NCBI GenBank assembly: GCA_963665145.1
Contig: OY762064.1
Location: 2,307,154-2,371,153, forward strand
Origin: Gammaproteobacteria bacterium
GTDB lineage: Bacteria; Pseudomonadota; Gammaproteobacteria; Steroidobacterales; Foliamicaceae
Reading direction: 5' to 3'
DNA length: 64,000 bases
Made by a program: the position numbers and the translations under genes. Under the pieces are notes generated by a model that saw only the letters and a program-made list of their open reading frames with translations, was not told the DNA's origin and searched no databases. Shown here piece by piece: positions 28,653-38,370 of the stretch; position 1 is the stretch's first letter, and every line of letters starts with the position of its first letter.

Positions 28653-28904
28653 ATGCGATGTAAAGTACTAGATTGTGAAGAGCGGTTTAGTTTCCTAGCC
28701 GATGGTACAGAGGAATCTAGGGAGCCGGGCACGGCGATCCTAGTTGGCGTTGAAGTCTATCGGACGCCAGAGCGTGCCGAGCAGAGATCGCGATTACCAT
28801 TGAATTTCCGAGTGGAATCGGAAGAGGTAACACTAGCCTTGGGTGCGCAAGTTGTGTCGGCTCCTCGGGGCCATAGCGAGCGGGGCATTAGGTACCTTGC
28901 GTAA
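28653..28904 (+). CDS. hypothetical small protein
   Basis: ATG preceded by AGGA. No recognisable motif. Lies between convergent genes. Confidence 0.3.
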   Translation: MRCKVLDCEERFSFLADGTEESREPGTAILVGVEVYRTPERAEQRSRLPLNFRVESEEVTLALGAQVVSAPRGHSERGIRYLA

Positions 28905-29046
28905 CCTTTGCAGATGGCCGACCGGAACGTTTCTGCGTGGCCGGTATCATTTTCTTGGCTCGCCTTCCCCTGAGCACGTAAGTATTTCTCCGCTGATCCT
29001 CGCACATGTAGGGTTGCTGGGATCCAGAGGAACGATCAGGAGATTC

Positions 29047-29667
29047 TCAGTTACTTTGGATTGAATGACTTTCGAGTTGCGGCTTATGATGCGCATAAAA
29101 AATACTCTCCGCACGCTGAATAATGTCCGGTCTAACTAGCCGATGATAGGAGAGCTTTGGAAAGTTGTGTTCAATGGGCAGAGGATCTAATGGAAACATC
29201 CCAGTCTGCCTTGAAGTAAATGGTGTAATTCGGAAATCCCTGCAGAGTAGCTTGAGACCCTCTTTCTTCAGGAAGTCTTCAATTTTTTCAGCAAGTATGC
29301 GATCCGATCCGATATACAGCGAAATGTGCGGATTAAAGCCGTACTCTTCAATTGGATAGTCTGGTTTCCACCAAAGCCTATTTAGCCATTTGCTCCACAC
29401 TCGAATGTACACCACATAATTTCCTTGATTTTCGAACATACCAATACCATGAATCAAAAGCGGCTGATTGCCCGGCATCGCACTGAATGTTTTGAGTTTT
29501 TCTCTGGAAATTGTTTTGTTGTACGGTCCGCGAACTGTGATGTGAATATTTGTATGCCGCTCTTCGTCCGAGAACGCGGCTCGTAATCCACACAGCAAAC
29601 CGTTTATTTCAGGGTCCAATAACTCTAGGAATAAGAATTGCATTAACTTCGGTGACTTATGTCTCAT
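29047..29667 (-). CDS. 2H phosphoesterase superfamily protein (LigT/CPDase/2',5'-PDE-like)
   Basis: Two H-x-T/S-x tetrapeptides, NIHITVRG (His42) and NPHISLYIG (His114), with hydrophobic flanks and spacing typical of the 2H fold. 4-nt overlap with the upstream NTase gene. Confidence 0.7.
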   Translation of the reverse strand: MRHKSPKLMQFLFLELLDPEINGLLCGLRAAFSDEERHTNIHITVRGPYNKTISREKLKTFSAMPGNQPLLIHGIGMFENQGNYVVYIRVWSKWLNRLWWKPDYPIEEYGFNPHISLYIGSDRILAEKIEDFLKKEGLKLLCRDFRITPFTSRQTGMFPLDPLPIEHNFPKLSYHRLVRPDIIQRAESIFYAHHKPQLESHSIQSN

Positions 29668-30647
29668 AGCACCAAGTATTTCTTCATGTCAGATTTAACA
29701 CCGTTGTGCATTAGTGCCGAGTAAATGAAATCCGAGAATCTGCGCGCCGCCTCCCTTGAAACCTTGCCCAATTCCTCGGCCGGAATCTGTTCTGTTGTTC
29801 CATCCACATCCTTCCAAGACAGAAAGGACTCGTAATCATCAAGAAATTGCGTGTAGTCCTTGAGCATGCCTGAGTCGTTGAGCGCGTCTAGTCCACGTGA
29901 GAGTCTTTCAAGTGGAGTTAGGCGAACAAGGTCGAAGATGCAGTCCGCACTATGCATTTGTTCTACGAGAATTGGCAATATCGCTCCAAATACGGTTAGC
30001 TTCCGACTAAACTTCAAATTGATGTTCTTCTTTCTCCATGGTCGAGATTGATCAGATCGGATTTGTTCATAGTTCAAACAAAGCGTTCTCCAATACCTCA
30101 ATAGGTCATTTAGAAGAAATAGTGGCCGGAAGGATTGTTTCCCACTGCTGTCTCTGAAGTAGTGCGTAATAGTGCGACTCAGAGCGTCGTTGTATAGCTG
30201 CTCCCCTAAGATGCATTTGCTTTCTAAGAGCAAGAGCATTCTCGCTGTGAATAAGTTCTCGCTGTCGTCGTATGGAGCCCCAACTACTCGGAGCATTTCG
30301 TCGAGTGAATATACCTTTAGGAATTGTCCATCGTTGCTAAACGGCTCAAATTCCAGTAGCTCATTTATCTCGATGGCTGAGCTTTGTAATCGAATCTCAA
30401 TTAGACTCTCTGTCTCTTCTTCCGGACGGGTTGTTACCAAGAACAAGTCGAGATCAGATTGGGCTCCAATTTCGCCGCGTGCAAGTGAACCAGCGCAAAA
30501 GACAAACGCATCATAGTTGTTATAGATGTCAGCACGATTTGCGAATGCCTCTCGGACATCGTTTAGTCTTTTTCCTGCTTCCTCTTGTCTTTCGGATAAC
30601 CCAGGGTGTTGCCGAAGGCATTGCGTGTAAGTCGATTTTGCTGTCAT
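29664..30647 (-). CDS. Pol-beta-superfamily nucleotidyltransferase with long helical C-terminal domain
   Basis: NTase signature FVFCAGSLARGEIGAQSDLDLFLV (G-S...D-x-D), followed by ~230 aa of predicted helices. An in-frame TAA three codons upstream fixes the start. Confidence 0.75.
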   Translation of the reverse strand: MTAKSTYTQCLRQHPGLSERQEEAGKRLNDVREAFANRADIYNNYDAFVFCAGSLARGEIGAQSDLDLFLVTTRPEEETESLIEIRLQSSAIEINELLEFEPFSNDGQFLKVYSLDEMLRVVGAPYDDSENLFTARMLLLLESKCILGEQLYNDALSRTITHYFRDSSGKQSFRPLFLLNDLLRYWRTLCLNYEQIRSDQSRPWRKKNINLKFSRKLTVFGAILPILVEQMHSADCIFDLVRLTPLERLSRGLDALNDSGMLKDYTQFLDDYESFLSWKDVDGTTEQIPAEELGKVSREAARRFSDFIYSALMHNGVKSDMKKYLVL

Positions 30648-31075
30648 TTGGTGATCTTATGTTGTCGCGAACACGAAATGTCCAGTGCTGGAGGACCACA
30701 TCAGCGCAATTCTGCGGGTCCAACGGTTCCTCCAACACGTTGGTGACATTGTAGTTTCGCCTGTCCGGCTCTGGGTTTGACTGTTTCTTCATTTCCGAGC
30801 CGTGTTTGCTCCGGATGCCGCTACATGGGAAAATCCTCAGCCCGAAGGGAAGGGTTTACGGGGAAAGATCAGCCGTGCTCAACTTGCCAGTTAGCATGTT
30901 TTCGCCGCGCACGCCTATGCGCAGCGTCGCGGAATCCGTTTTTGGCGTGAAATTTCCACCTACAGGCTCGCAAAGTCAAATAGGCATCCTCGCCCTGAGG
31001 CGGCAAGCCAATCTAGCCGTGTATCAGCTCTCCTACTGACTAGCACAGGCTTGCCATACCCCGGAACAATCTATT

Positions 31076-33058
31076 ATGACCAACGGCAACGTTAACTGGA
31101 TCGCGAACTACATTTGGGGCATTTGCGACGATGTCCTCCGCGACCTCTACAGCCGCGGCAAATATCGTGACGTAATTCTGCCGATGACGGTGCTACGCCG
31201 GCTCGATGTCGTTCTTGAAAGCACCAAGCAGGCCGTCCTGGACTTGAAAGAGATGCTAGACCAAGCTGGGGTGGTCGACCAGGATGCAGCCCTTTGTCAA
31301 GCATCCGGACAGGCTTTCTACAATACCTCGAAATTCACGTTGAGCGACCTTCGTGCAAGGGCCAGTCAGGCGCAACTGAAGGCAGATTTCGAAGCCTACC
31401 TCGACGGATTTTCCTCAAACGTGCAGGAGATCCTCGACAACTTTGAGTTCCGTAACCAGATCCCACGGCTCAGCAAGGGCGACGCGCTTGGAGCCCTGAT
31501 CGAGAAGTTAACGTCCCCTGCGGTGAACCTGAGCCCCAAGCCGGTGAAGGACGCTCAAGGAAACATCAAGCTCCCCGGTCTAGACAACCATGCGATGGGT
31601 ACGATGTTCGAAGAACTCGTTCGCCGCTTCAACGAAGAGAACAACGAAGAAGCCGGCGAGCACTGGACTCCGCGCGATGCGGTCCGGCTCATGGCGAAAC
31701 TGGTGTTTCTGCCCATTGCTGACCAGATCCAGTCCACCACATACGCCCTCTATGATGGTGCTTGCGGAACCGGGGGAATGCTAACCCTCGCGGAAGAGAC
31801 GCTGGAGGAATTGGCGGCGGAACAAGGCAAAAGGGTTTCCACGGTCCTGTACGGCCAAGAAATCAACGCCGAGACCGCCGCCATATGCAAAGCTGACCTG
31901 ATGCTCAAGGGTGAGGGCGAGGCCGCCAAGAACATCGTCGGCGGGCCCGAGCACTCGACCCTGGCCAATGACGCGTTTCCGTCTCGCACTTTCGACTTCA
32001 TGCTTTCCAACCCGCCCTACGGCAAGAGTTGGAAGACCGATCTAGAGCGGATGGGCGGTAAAAAAGACATGCACGATCCGCGGTTCGTAATTGAGCACAA
32101 TGGAAGTCCCGAGTACTCGTTGGTCACCCGGTCGAGCGATGGTCAGATGTTGTTCCTAGTCAACAAGCTCTCTAGGATGAAGCAGGACACGCTGCTCGGC
32201 AGCCGCATCGCCGAGGTCCATAACGGCAGTGCACTCTTTACCGGAGCTGCTGGCCAGGGTGAGAGCAACATTCGCCGCTGGATTATCGAGAACGACTGGT
32301 TAGAAGCCATCGTCGCCCTGCCGCTTAACCTGTTCTATAACACGGGCATTGCCACCTACGTGTGGGTGCTAACGAACCGGAAGCCGGAGCACCGCAGGGG
32401 CAAGGTACAGTTGATCGACGCGACCCAATGGTTCCAGCCATTGCGCAAAAGCCTAGGGAAGAAGAATTGCGTGCTCGGCGAGGATGACATCGCGCGGATT
32501 AGCCGTACGTTCTTGGATTTCGAGGAGACTGAGCAGAGCATGATCTTCGAAAACGACACTTTCGGGTACTGGAAGGTACCAGTCGAGCGACCCCTTCGCG
32601 TTGATGGTGCTGAACTGGAACGCGCCTACACAGCGGCAGAGATCAAGGCGCTCAAAGAAAGTGGCGAATGCAGCGAAAATGCCCCGCCGGTCATCCGCAA
32701 GATTCACAAGCGCGGGGTTAAGGCCGACCCGATTCACGGGCTACATGAGACGACGATTGGCGGCCAGCTGGTTGTCGTGGAATACGAACCGGACCGTCAA
32801 TTGCGGGACACTGAGCAGGTTCCGCTTCAGGAGGAAGGAGGGATTAAGGCATTCCTGGAGCGCGAGGTTCTTCCCTACGCTGAGGACGCCTGGTACAAGC
32901 CGAACGCCGTCAAGATCGGTTATGAAATTAGCTTCACGCGTTATTTTTATAAGCCGAAGCTAATGCGCACGCTAGATGAGATTCGGGCCGATCTCCTCGC
33001 GTTGGAAGAGGAGACAGAAGGGGTGCTCGGAGATATTTTGGGAAGCGCCAACACATGA
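31076..33058 (+). CDS. hsdM: type I restriction-modification system DNA methyltransferase subunit
   Basis: AdoMet motif YDGACGTGGML and catalytic LSNPPYGKSW. HsdM-type N-terminal helical domain. 660 aa. Confidence 0.92.
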   Translation: MTNGNVNWIANYIWGICDDVLRDLYSRGKYRDVILPMTVLRRLDVVLESTKQAVLDLKEMLDQAGVVDQDAALCQASGQAFYNTSKFTLSDLRARASQAQLKADFEAYLDGFSSNVQEILDNFEFRNQIPRLSKGDALGALIEKLTSPAVNLSPKPVKDAQGNIKLPGLDNHAMGTMFEELVRRFNEENNEEAGEHWTPRDAVRLMAKLVFLPIADQIQSTTYALYDGACGTGGMLTLAEETLEELAAEQGKRVSTVLYGQEINAETAAICKADLMLKGEGEAAKNIVGGPEHSTLANDAFPSRTFDFMLSNPPYGKSWKTDLERMGGKKDMHDPRFVIEHNGSPEYSLVTRSSDGQMLFLVNKLSRMKQDTLLGSRIAEVHNGSALFTGAAGQGESNIRRWIIENDWLEAIVALPLNLFYNTGIATYVWVLTNRKPEHRRGKVQLIDATQWFQPLRKSLGKKNCVLGEDDIARISRTFLDFEETEQSMIFENDTFGYWKVPVERPLRVDGAELERAYTAAEIKALKESGECSENAPPVIRKIHKRGVKADPIHGLHETTIGGQLVVVEYEPDRQLRDTEQVPLQEEGGIKAFLEREVLPYAEDAWYKPNAVKIGYEISFTRYFYKPKLMRTLDEIRADLLALEEETEGVLGDILGSANT

Positions 33059-34386
33059 ATCCTGTACTAAGGCCCTACCTGAAGAAAAGAAGCTCTGGGA
33101 TCGAATGGTTGGGGGACATTCCTAGTCATTGGAACGTAGTGAAGGGAAAGCACTTGTTTCGGTGCGTAGATGAACGATCGTTGACTGGCGGCGAAGAGTT
33201 GTTGACCGTATCTTCAGATCGTGGCGTGGTTCCTCGGGCGTCCGCCTCGGTGACAATGTTCAAGGCAGATTCTTACGTCGGGCACAAGCTGTGTTGGCCG
33301 GGAGATTTGGTCATCAACAGCTTGTGGGCTTGGGGAGGAGGACTCGGGTTTTCAAAGTACCATGGACTCGTTAGCTCTGCGTACGGCGTTTATCGTTTGC
33401 GCAACTCTGCTGCCCATGACACCGCTTATTTTCATAGACTTCTTCGGTCACTCCCGTTCAACTTCGAATTACGGGTTCGTTCGAAAGGGATATGGACGTC
33501 ACGGCTGCAGTTGACTAATGGAGCGTTTCTTGCTGCACCGATACTCCTACCTCCTTACCCCGAACAAACTGCTATCGCTGGCTTTCTTGACCATGTAGAC
33601 CGCCGGATCCAGAAATACATCCGCGCTAAGGAAAAGCTGATTGCATTACTGAAGGAACATCGTTTGGCAGCGACGGCAGAAACGATGCAGCAACGAAACG
33701 CGCCAAGACTAAGACTAGGCGTTGTCGCTGAGCCAATCAAGAGACCCGTTTCTCGCGTCAGTGACAAATCGTATGTTCCTATTGGTCTTTTTAATCGCGG
33801 CAGAGGGATTTTCAAAAAACAACCTCGACGTGGTAACGAACTGGGTGACTCCGATTTTTTTTGGGTACGGGAGGGGGACCTCGTCATTAGTGGTCAATTT
33901 GCGTGGGAAGGGGCGGTGGCCTTAGCCGGCAAGGCAGAGGATGGATGCGTAGCAACTCACCGTTATCCAATACTACGCGGCAGGGCCGGAGTTCTCGAAA
34001 CTGGATACTTGCTGTCTTTTCTCCAAACTGATTGGGGGCAATTGCTTCTTGACCATCATTCACGGGGTGCAGCAGGCAGAAACCGGCCACTCAATGCCCG
34101 GACTCTTGCGAAAGAGAAGATTCCAATTCCACTGCTTGATCACCAGACCATAATCAAATGCATGTTGCAGCACGAAACCGGCATTCGCTCGCAGGTGCAG
34201 CGTTGGAAGTTGTTGTTTGAGGAATTCCGTACCCGGCTCATTGCCGATGCTGTAACTGGCAAACTCGATGTCCGCGAAGTAGCCGCAAACCTTCCTAAGC
34301 TAGATTATCTTGACGACGATGGCGCCAGTGACGTCTTGAACAGCGAGGGCATGCTTGACCTAGACGAGGCAACTGCTAGGACGTAG
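33055..34386 (+). CDS. hsdS: type I restriction-modification system specificity subunit
   Basis: Two target-recognition halves, each followed by a conserved helix (LPPYPEQTAIAGFLDHVDRRIQKYI and IPIPLLDHQTIIKCMLQHETGIRSQV...AVTGKLDVRE). ATGA overlap with hsdM. Confidence 0.85.
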   Translation: MNPVLRPYLKKRSSGIEWLGDIPSHWNVVKGKHLFRCVDERSLTGGEELLTVSSDRGVVPRASASVTMFKADSYVGHKLCWPGDLVINSLWAWGGGLGFSKYHGLVSSAYGVYRLRNSAAHDTAYFHRLLRSLPFNFELRVRSKGIWTSRLQLTNGAFLAAPILLPPYPEQTAIAGFLDHVDRRIQKYIRAKEKLIALLKEHRLAATAETMQQRNAPRLRLGVVAEPIKRPVSRVSDKSYVPIGLFNRGRGIFKKQPRRGNELGDSDFFWVREGDLVISGQFAWEGAVALAGKAEDGCVATHRYPILRGRAGVLETGYLLSFLQTDWGQLLLDHHSRGAAGRNRPLNARTLAKEKIPIPLLDHQTIIKCMLQHETGIRSQVQRWKLLFEEFRTRLIADAVTGKLDVREVAANLPKLDYLDDDGASDVLNSEGMLDLDEATART

Positions 34387-34397
34387 TCTGCCAGCCC

Positions 34398-37300
34398 ATG
34401 ACCACAGACACCTCCGAACGTGGCCTCGAACGCCTGATATGCATGGCGTTGGCTGGGGATTCATGCGAGCCCCCCAAAGGGCCGACTGTCGCCGAACCTG
34501 TTGCTGCTTGGGGCGGCATTGGCTGGAGCCCGGGCAACTTTCATCACTACGACCGCGAGTTTTGCATCGATCTGCTCCAACTCGCCGCGTTTCTGGAACT
34601 TACTCAATCTCGTACTATGAGTTCGCTCAACCTTGCCGAAGACAGCCCTACACGGCGCAAGTTTCTGGCACGGCTGCAGCGTGAGGTCAGCAAGCGGGGC
34701 AGCATTGATATCTTGCGCCATGGCATCAAACATGGCCCGCACCACCTGGATCTCTTCTACGGTACGCCTTCTCCCGGCAACGAGAAAGCAAAGAAACGAT
34801 TCGAGAAGAATCGATTCACCGTTACCCGGCAACTGCGCTACAGTCGCGACGAGGCACAGCGTGCTCTGGACATCGTGCTGTTCATCAACGGCCTGCCGAT
34901 ACTCACGTTCGAACTGAAGAACAGCCTTACCAAGCAGACTGTCGATGACGCTATCGAGCAGTACAAACGAGACCGAAATCCACGCGAAAAGCTGTTCGAG
35001 TTCGGCCGCTGCGTGGCTCATTTCGCGGTGGACGACCACGAGGTACGCTTCTGCACGCACCTGAAGGGTAAAGGATCTTGGTTTCTACCCTTCAATCTAG
35101 GCTGGAACGATGGGGCCGGAAATCCGCCTAACTCTATGGGAATCAAGTCTGACTACCTGTGGCGCAAGGTGCTCGCCCGCGAGAGTTTGACAAACATCCT
35201 GGAAAACTACGCCCAGGTGGTCGAGTCTAAGGACGAAAAGACCGGTCGCAAGAAAAAAACCCAAATCTGGCCCCGCTATCACCAACTGGACGTGGTGCAG
35301 CATCTGCTCTCCAATGTCGCGGAAAACGGTGCAGGAAAGCGTTACCTCATCCAGCATTCCGCCGGCAGCGGTAAGAGCTACTCGATTGCCTGGCTGGCCC
35401 ATCAACTGATCGGTCTGAAGCATGGAGGGTTTACGGCTTTCGATTCCATAATTGTCGTGACCGACCGGCGCATCCTCGACAAGCAGATTCGCGACACGAT
35501 CAAGCAGTACGCTCAGGTTGGCGCGACGGTCGGGCATGCCAAACGATCTGGCGATCTCCGCCGGTTCCTTGAGGACGGCAAGAAGATCATCGTATCGACG
35601 GTGCAGAAGTTTCCCTTCATCCTCAATGAGATCGGAAACGAGCAGCGCGGACGTCGGTTCGCGATCATTATCGATGAGGCTCATTCCAGTCAAGGCGGTC
35701 GCACCAGCGCGGCTATGTCAGGGGCGCTTTCCGAAGCCGGCCGGGTCGACGAGGAAGAAACCTATGAAGACCGCATCAACAAGCTGATGGAGTCCCACAA
35801 GCTCCTGTTCAACGCGAGCTATTTTGCGTTCACTGCGACTCCCAAGAATAAGACACTGGAGATTTTTGGTGATGCAGATCCGCAGGCGGACGGCAGAGTA
35901 GAGCATCGAGCCTTCCACAGCTACACCATGAAACAGGCCGTCCAGGAGGGGTTCATTCTGGACGTGCTGACCCACTACACGCCGATATCGAGTTACTACA
36001 AGCTCACCAAGACCATCGAAGAAGACCCCAAGTTCGACACCCAAAAGGCGCAGAAGAAGCTGCGTCGCTTCGTCGAAGGGCACGAGCACGCAATCCGAGC
36101 CAAGGCCGAGATCATGGTTGACCACTTTCACGATCAGGTGATTCGGCAGAACAAGATCGGCGGCGAGGCACGGGCGATGGTCGTTACCAACGGCATCGAA
36201 AGGGCCGTCCAGTACTTCCACGCCATACGCGACTACCTCAAAGAGCGCAAGAGCCCGTTTAAGGCGATCGTAGCCTTTTCCGGGGAGCACGAGTTTGGCG
36301 GGAAGTCCGAGACCGAGGCCAGTTTGAACGGTTTTCCGTCCGCAAAGATTGCGGAGCGCTTCCGGGAACACCCCTACCGGTTCCTGGTTTGCGCCGACAA
36401 GTTTCAGACTGGCTACGACGAGCCGCTATTGCACACCATGTATGTGGACAAGACGCTCGCCGGCATCAAGGCAGTGCAGACGCTGTCTAGGTTGAACCGG
36501 GCCCGTCCCAACAAGCACGATGTATTCGTATTGGACTTCCTCAACGATTCTGAAACCATCCAGATCGCTTTCGAACCCTTCTACCGTGGAACGGTACTCG
36601 CCGACCAGACGGACCCCAACAAGCTGCACGACCTAGTGGCCGATTTGGACGGCGCGCAGGTTTACTCCGATGAGCAAATCGACAGCTTGGTTTCCCAGTA
36701 TCTCGACGGAGCGGACCGGGACCGGCTCGATCCGATCCTCAACGATTGCGTGGCTTCCTATAAGAGCGATCTCGACGAAGACGGCCAGATCCGCTTCAAA
36801 GGTAAAGCAAAGGCGTTCGTGCGGACCTATGCGTTTCTCGGTTGCGTGCTCCCCTACAACAACCCTGGGTGGGAAAAGCGCTCCATCTTCCTGAATTTCC
36901 TGATCCCCAAACTTCCGTCACCGGAGGAAGACGATCTCTCCAGGGGCATTCTCGAAGCGATTGACATGGACAGCTACCGCGTCGAGAAGCGCGCAACGCA
37001 AACGATCCTTCTAGAGGACGAAGAAGGCGAGATCGGACCTGTGCCCACATCTGGCATGGGTGGACGGCCGGAGCCCGAGATGGACCCGTTATCGGAGATT
37101 TTGCGGGATTTCAACGATCGGTTCGGCGACATCGAATGGGAAGATGCAGATCGCGTCCGCGCTTTGATCGCCGAGACCATCCGCTCACGAGTAGCCGACG
37201 ACGAAGCTTACCGAAACGCCCGGGAAAACTCCGACAAGGAAAACGCCCGCGTGGAGCACGACCGCGCTCTGCTCCGCGTGATGACTTCGCTAATGAAGGA

Positions 37301-37400
37301 CGATACGCAGCTGTTCAAACTGTTCATGGACGATCCAGGGTTCAAGCGGTGGCTGACGGAAAAGATTTTCCATCTGACCTACTACGAAGCCGGTGTCTAA
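34398..37400 (+). CDS. hsdR: type I restriction endonuclease R subunit (SF2 helicase/translocase)
   Basis: Walker A IQHSAGSGKS, DEAH box IIIDEAHSSQGG, FTATPKN, motif VI QTLSRLNR. 1000 aa. Confidence 0.92.
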   Translation: MTTDTSERGLERLICMALAGDSCEPPKGPTVAEPVAAWGGIGWSPGNFHHYDREFCIDLLQLAAFLELTQSRTMSSLNLAEDSPTRRKFLARLQREVSKRGSIDILRHGIKHGPHHLDLFYGTPSPGNEKAKKRFEKNRFTVTRQLRYSRDEAQRALDIVLFINGLPILTFELKNSLTKQTVDDAIEQYKRDRNPREKLFEFGRCVAHFAVDDHEVRFCTHLKGKGSWFLPFNLGWNDGAGNPPNSMGIKSDYLWRKVLARESLTNILENYAQVVESKDEKTGRKKKTQIWPRYHQLDVVQHLLSNVAENGAGKRYLIQHSAGSGKSYSIAWLAHQLIGLKHGGFTAFDSIIVVTDRRILDKQIRDTIKQYAQVGATVGHAKRSGDLRRFLEDGKKIIVSTVQKFPFILNEIGNEQRGRRFAIIIDEAHSSQGGRTSAAMSGALSEAGRVDEEETYEDRINKLMESHKLLFNASYFAFTATPKNKTLEIFGDADPQADGRVEHRAFHSYTMKQAVQEGFILDVLTHYTPISSYYKLTKTIEEDPKFDTQKAQKKLRRFVEGHEHAIRAKAEIMVDHFHDQVIRQNKIGGEARAMVVTNGIERAVQYFHAIRDYLKERKSPFKAIVAFSGEHEFGGKSETEASLNGFPSAKIAERFREHPYRFLVCADKFQTGYDEPLLHTMYVDKTLAGIKAVQTLSRLNRARPNKHDVFVLDFLNDSETIQIAFEPFYRGTVLADQTDPNKLHDLVADLDGAQVYSDEQIDSLVSQYLDGADRDRLDPILNDCVASYKSDLDEDGQIRFKGKAKAFVRTYAFLGCVLPYNNPGWEKRSIFLNFLIPKLPSPEEDDLSRGILEAIDMDSYRVEKRATQTILLEDEEGEIGPVPTSGMGGRPEPEMDPLSEILRDFNDRFGDIEWEDADRVRALIAETIRSRVADDEAYRNARENSDKENARVEHDRALLRVMTSLMKDDTQLFKLFMDDPGFKRWLTEKIFHLTYYEAGV

Positions 37401-38146
37401 TGGGCGCCAGTTATCCAACCAAACTGACCCTTGCATTTCGTAGTGGTGACCGATGCGCCTTTCCGGTCTGCGATCGAGCACTTTCCGCTGGCGGGGAAGG
37501 ATCAAGCCCCATAGTGACGGGTGTTGCCGCACACATTGTGGGAGAAAAACCAGGGTCTGCTCGCTTCGATGCTGCGATGCCCGCAGAGCAACGCAATAGT
37601 CATGACAACTTGATCTACCTATGCAGAGATCACCATGACTTAATTGATAAGAGAGAAGAAGAGTTCCCTGTCGAAAGGCTACGCCGCATGAAGCAGGAGC
37701 ATGAGGCGAGGGTGCTTGAGGCAGTAACCCAGGCATTCGCCTCTGTGGGCTTTTCGGAACTCGAAGTAGCGACTCACGCTTTGTTGCAGTCGGAACTAGG
37801 AGAAGTGAGTCGGGATTTCTCGCTGACTGCATTGAATAACAAGATCAAGAAAAACGCACTGGGAATCAATTCGCGGATCATCATAACGTCGGGACTAAGC
37901 TTGTCGGGAGAAATTCAAAACTTCATTGAGTGCGTTGCACAAACCGACGAGCATTTCGCAGAGAGACTTAAGCTAGGATTTCTCAGCGAATACCATCGCC
38001 TTAGAAAAGAAGGCCACTTTGGCGACGTGCTTTTCGAACTAATGTGCCGCTTCGCTCAAGAAGGATTTAGCGAACAGGCGAGTCGATCTGCTGCACTTGC
38101 AATCTTGATCTACTTATTCGAGACTTGCGAAGTATTCGAGAAATGA
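37400..38146 (+). CDS. HNH endonuclease fused to an ABC-three-component-system-type C-terminal domain (effector component)
   Basis: CAFPVCDR...AAHIVGEKPGSARFD...HDNLIYLCRDHHDLIDK (CxxC...H...N...CxxHH). Helical C-terminal domain ending LIYLFETCEVFEK. Start ATG shares its A with the hsdR TAA (TAATG). Confidence 0.7.
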   Translation: MGASYPTKLTLAFRSGDRCAFPVCDRALSAGGEGSSPIVTGVAAHIVGEKPGSARFDAAMPAEQRNSHDNLIYLCRDHHDLIDKREEEFPVERLRRMKQEHEARVLEAVTQAFASVGFSELEVATHALLQSELGEVSRDFSLTALNNKIKKNALGINSRIIITSGLSLSGEIQNFIECVAQTDEHFAERLKLGFLSEYHRLRKEGHFGDVLFELMCRFAQEGFSEQASRSAALAILIYLFETCEVFEK

Positions 38147-38370
38147 TTTTACCGTCAAAGCACATCTCAGAGGATCAGACAGTTCTGGGAATTGGTGCCC
38201 TCCTTTTGCAGTACCTAGATCGGCCACAGACGGTCACTAGTCTTTGGAACAAAGTACGGAATGAGCGCGTGGTGGGCACATTCGAACGATTTGTTGTGAC
38301 GCTAGACTTTCTCTATATCATCGGATTGGTCGTGTTATCCCATGGCACGATTCGCAAGTTGGTGCCATGA
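38143..38370 (+). CDS. small middle-component-like protein of the ABC-three-component module
   Basis: 75 aa. ATGA overlaps at both ends. Position between effector and ABC ATPase matches the described ABC-3C gene order. The sequence itself is not diagnostic. Confidence 0.55.
   Translation: MILPSKHISEDQTVLGIGALLLQYLDRPQTVTSLWNKVRNERVVGTFERFVVTLDFLYIIGLVVLSHGTIRKLVP

Noticed and set aside
30529-30792. 87-aa minus-strand ORF (MKKQSNPEPDRRNYNV...) upstream of, and overlapping, the NTase gene. I considered it as a third small component or as an N-terminal extension of the NTase through a frameshift.
   Set aside because: It overlaps the NTase coding region out of frame by about 120 nt. The NTase frame has a TAA three codons upstream of its ATG, and the NTase N-terminus looks complete. 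I recognised no motif. It remains possible that only its first ~48 codons are a real leader peptide.
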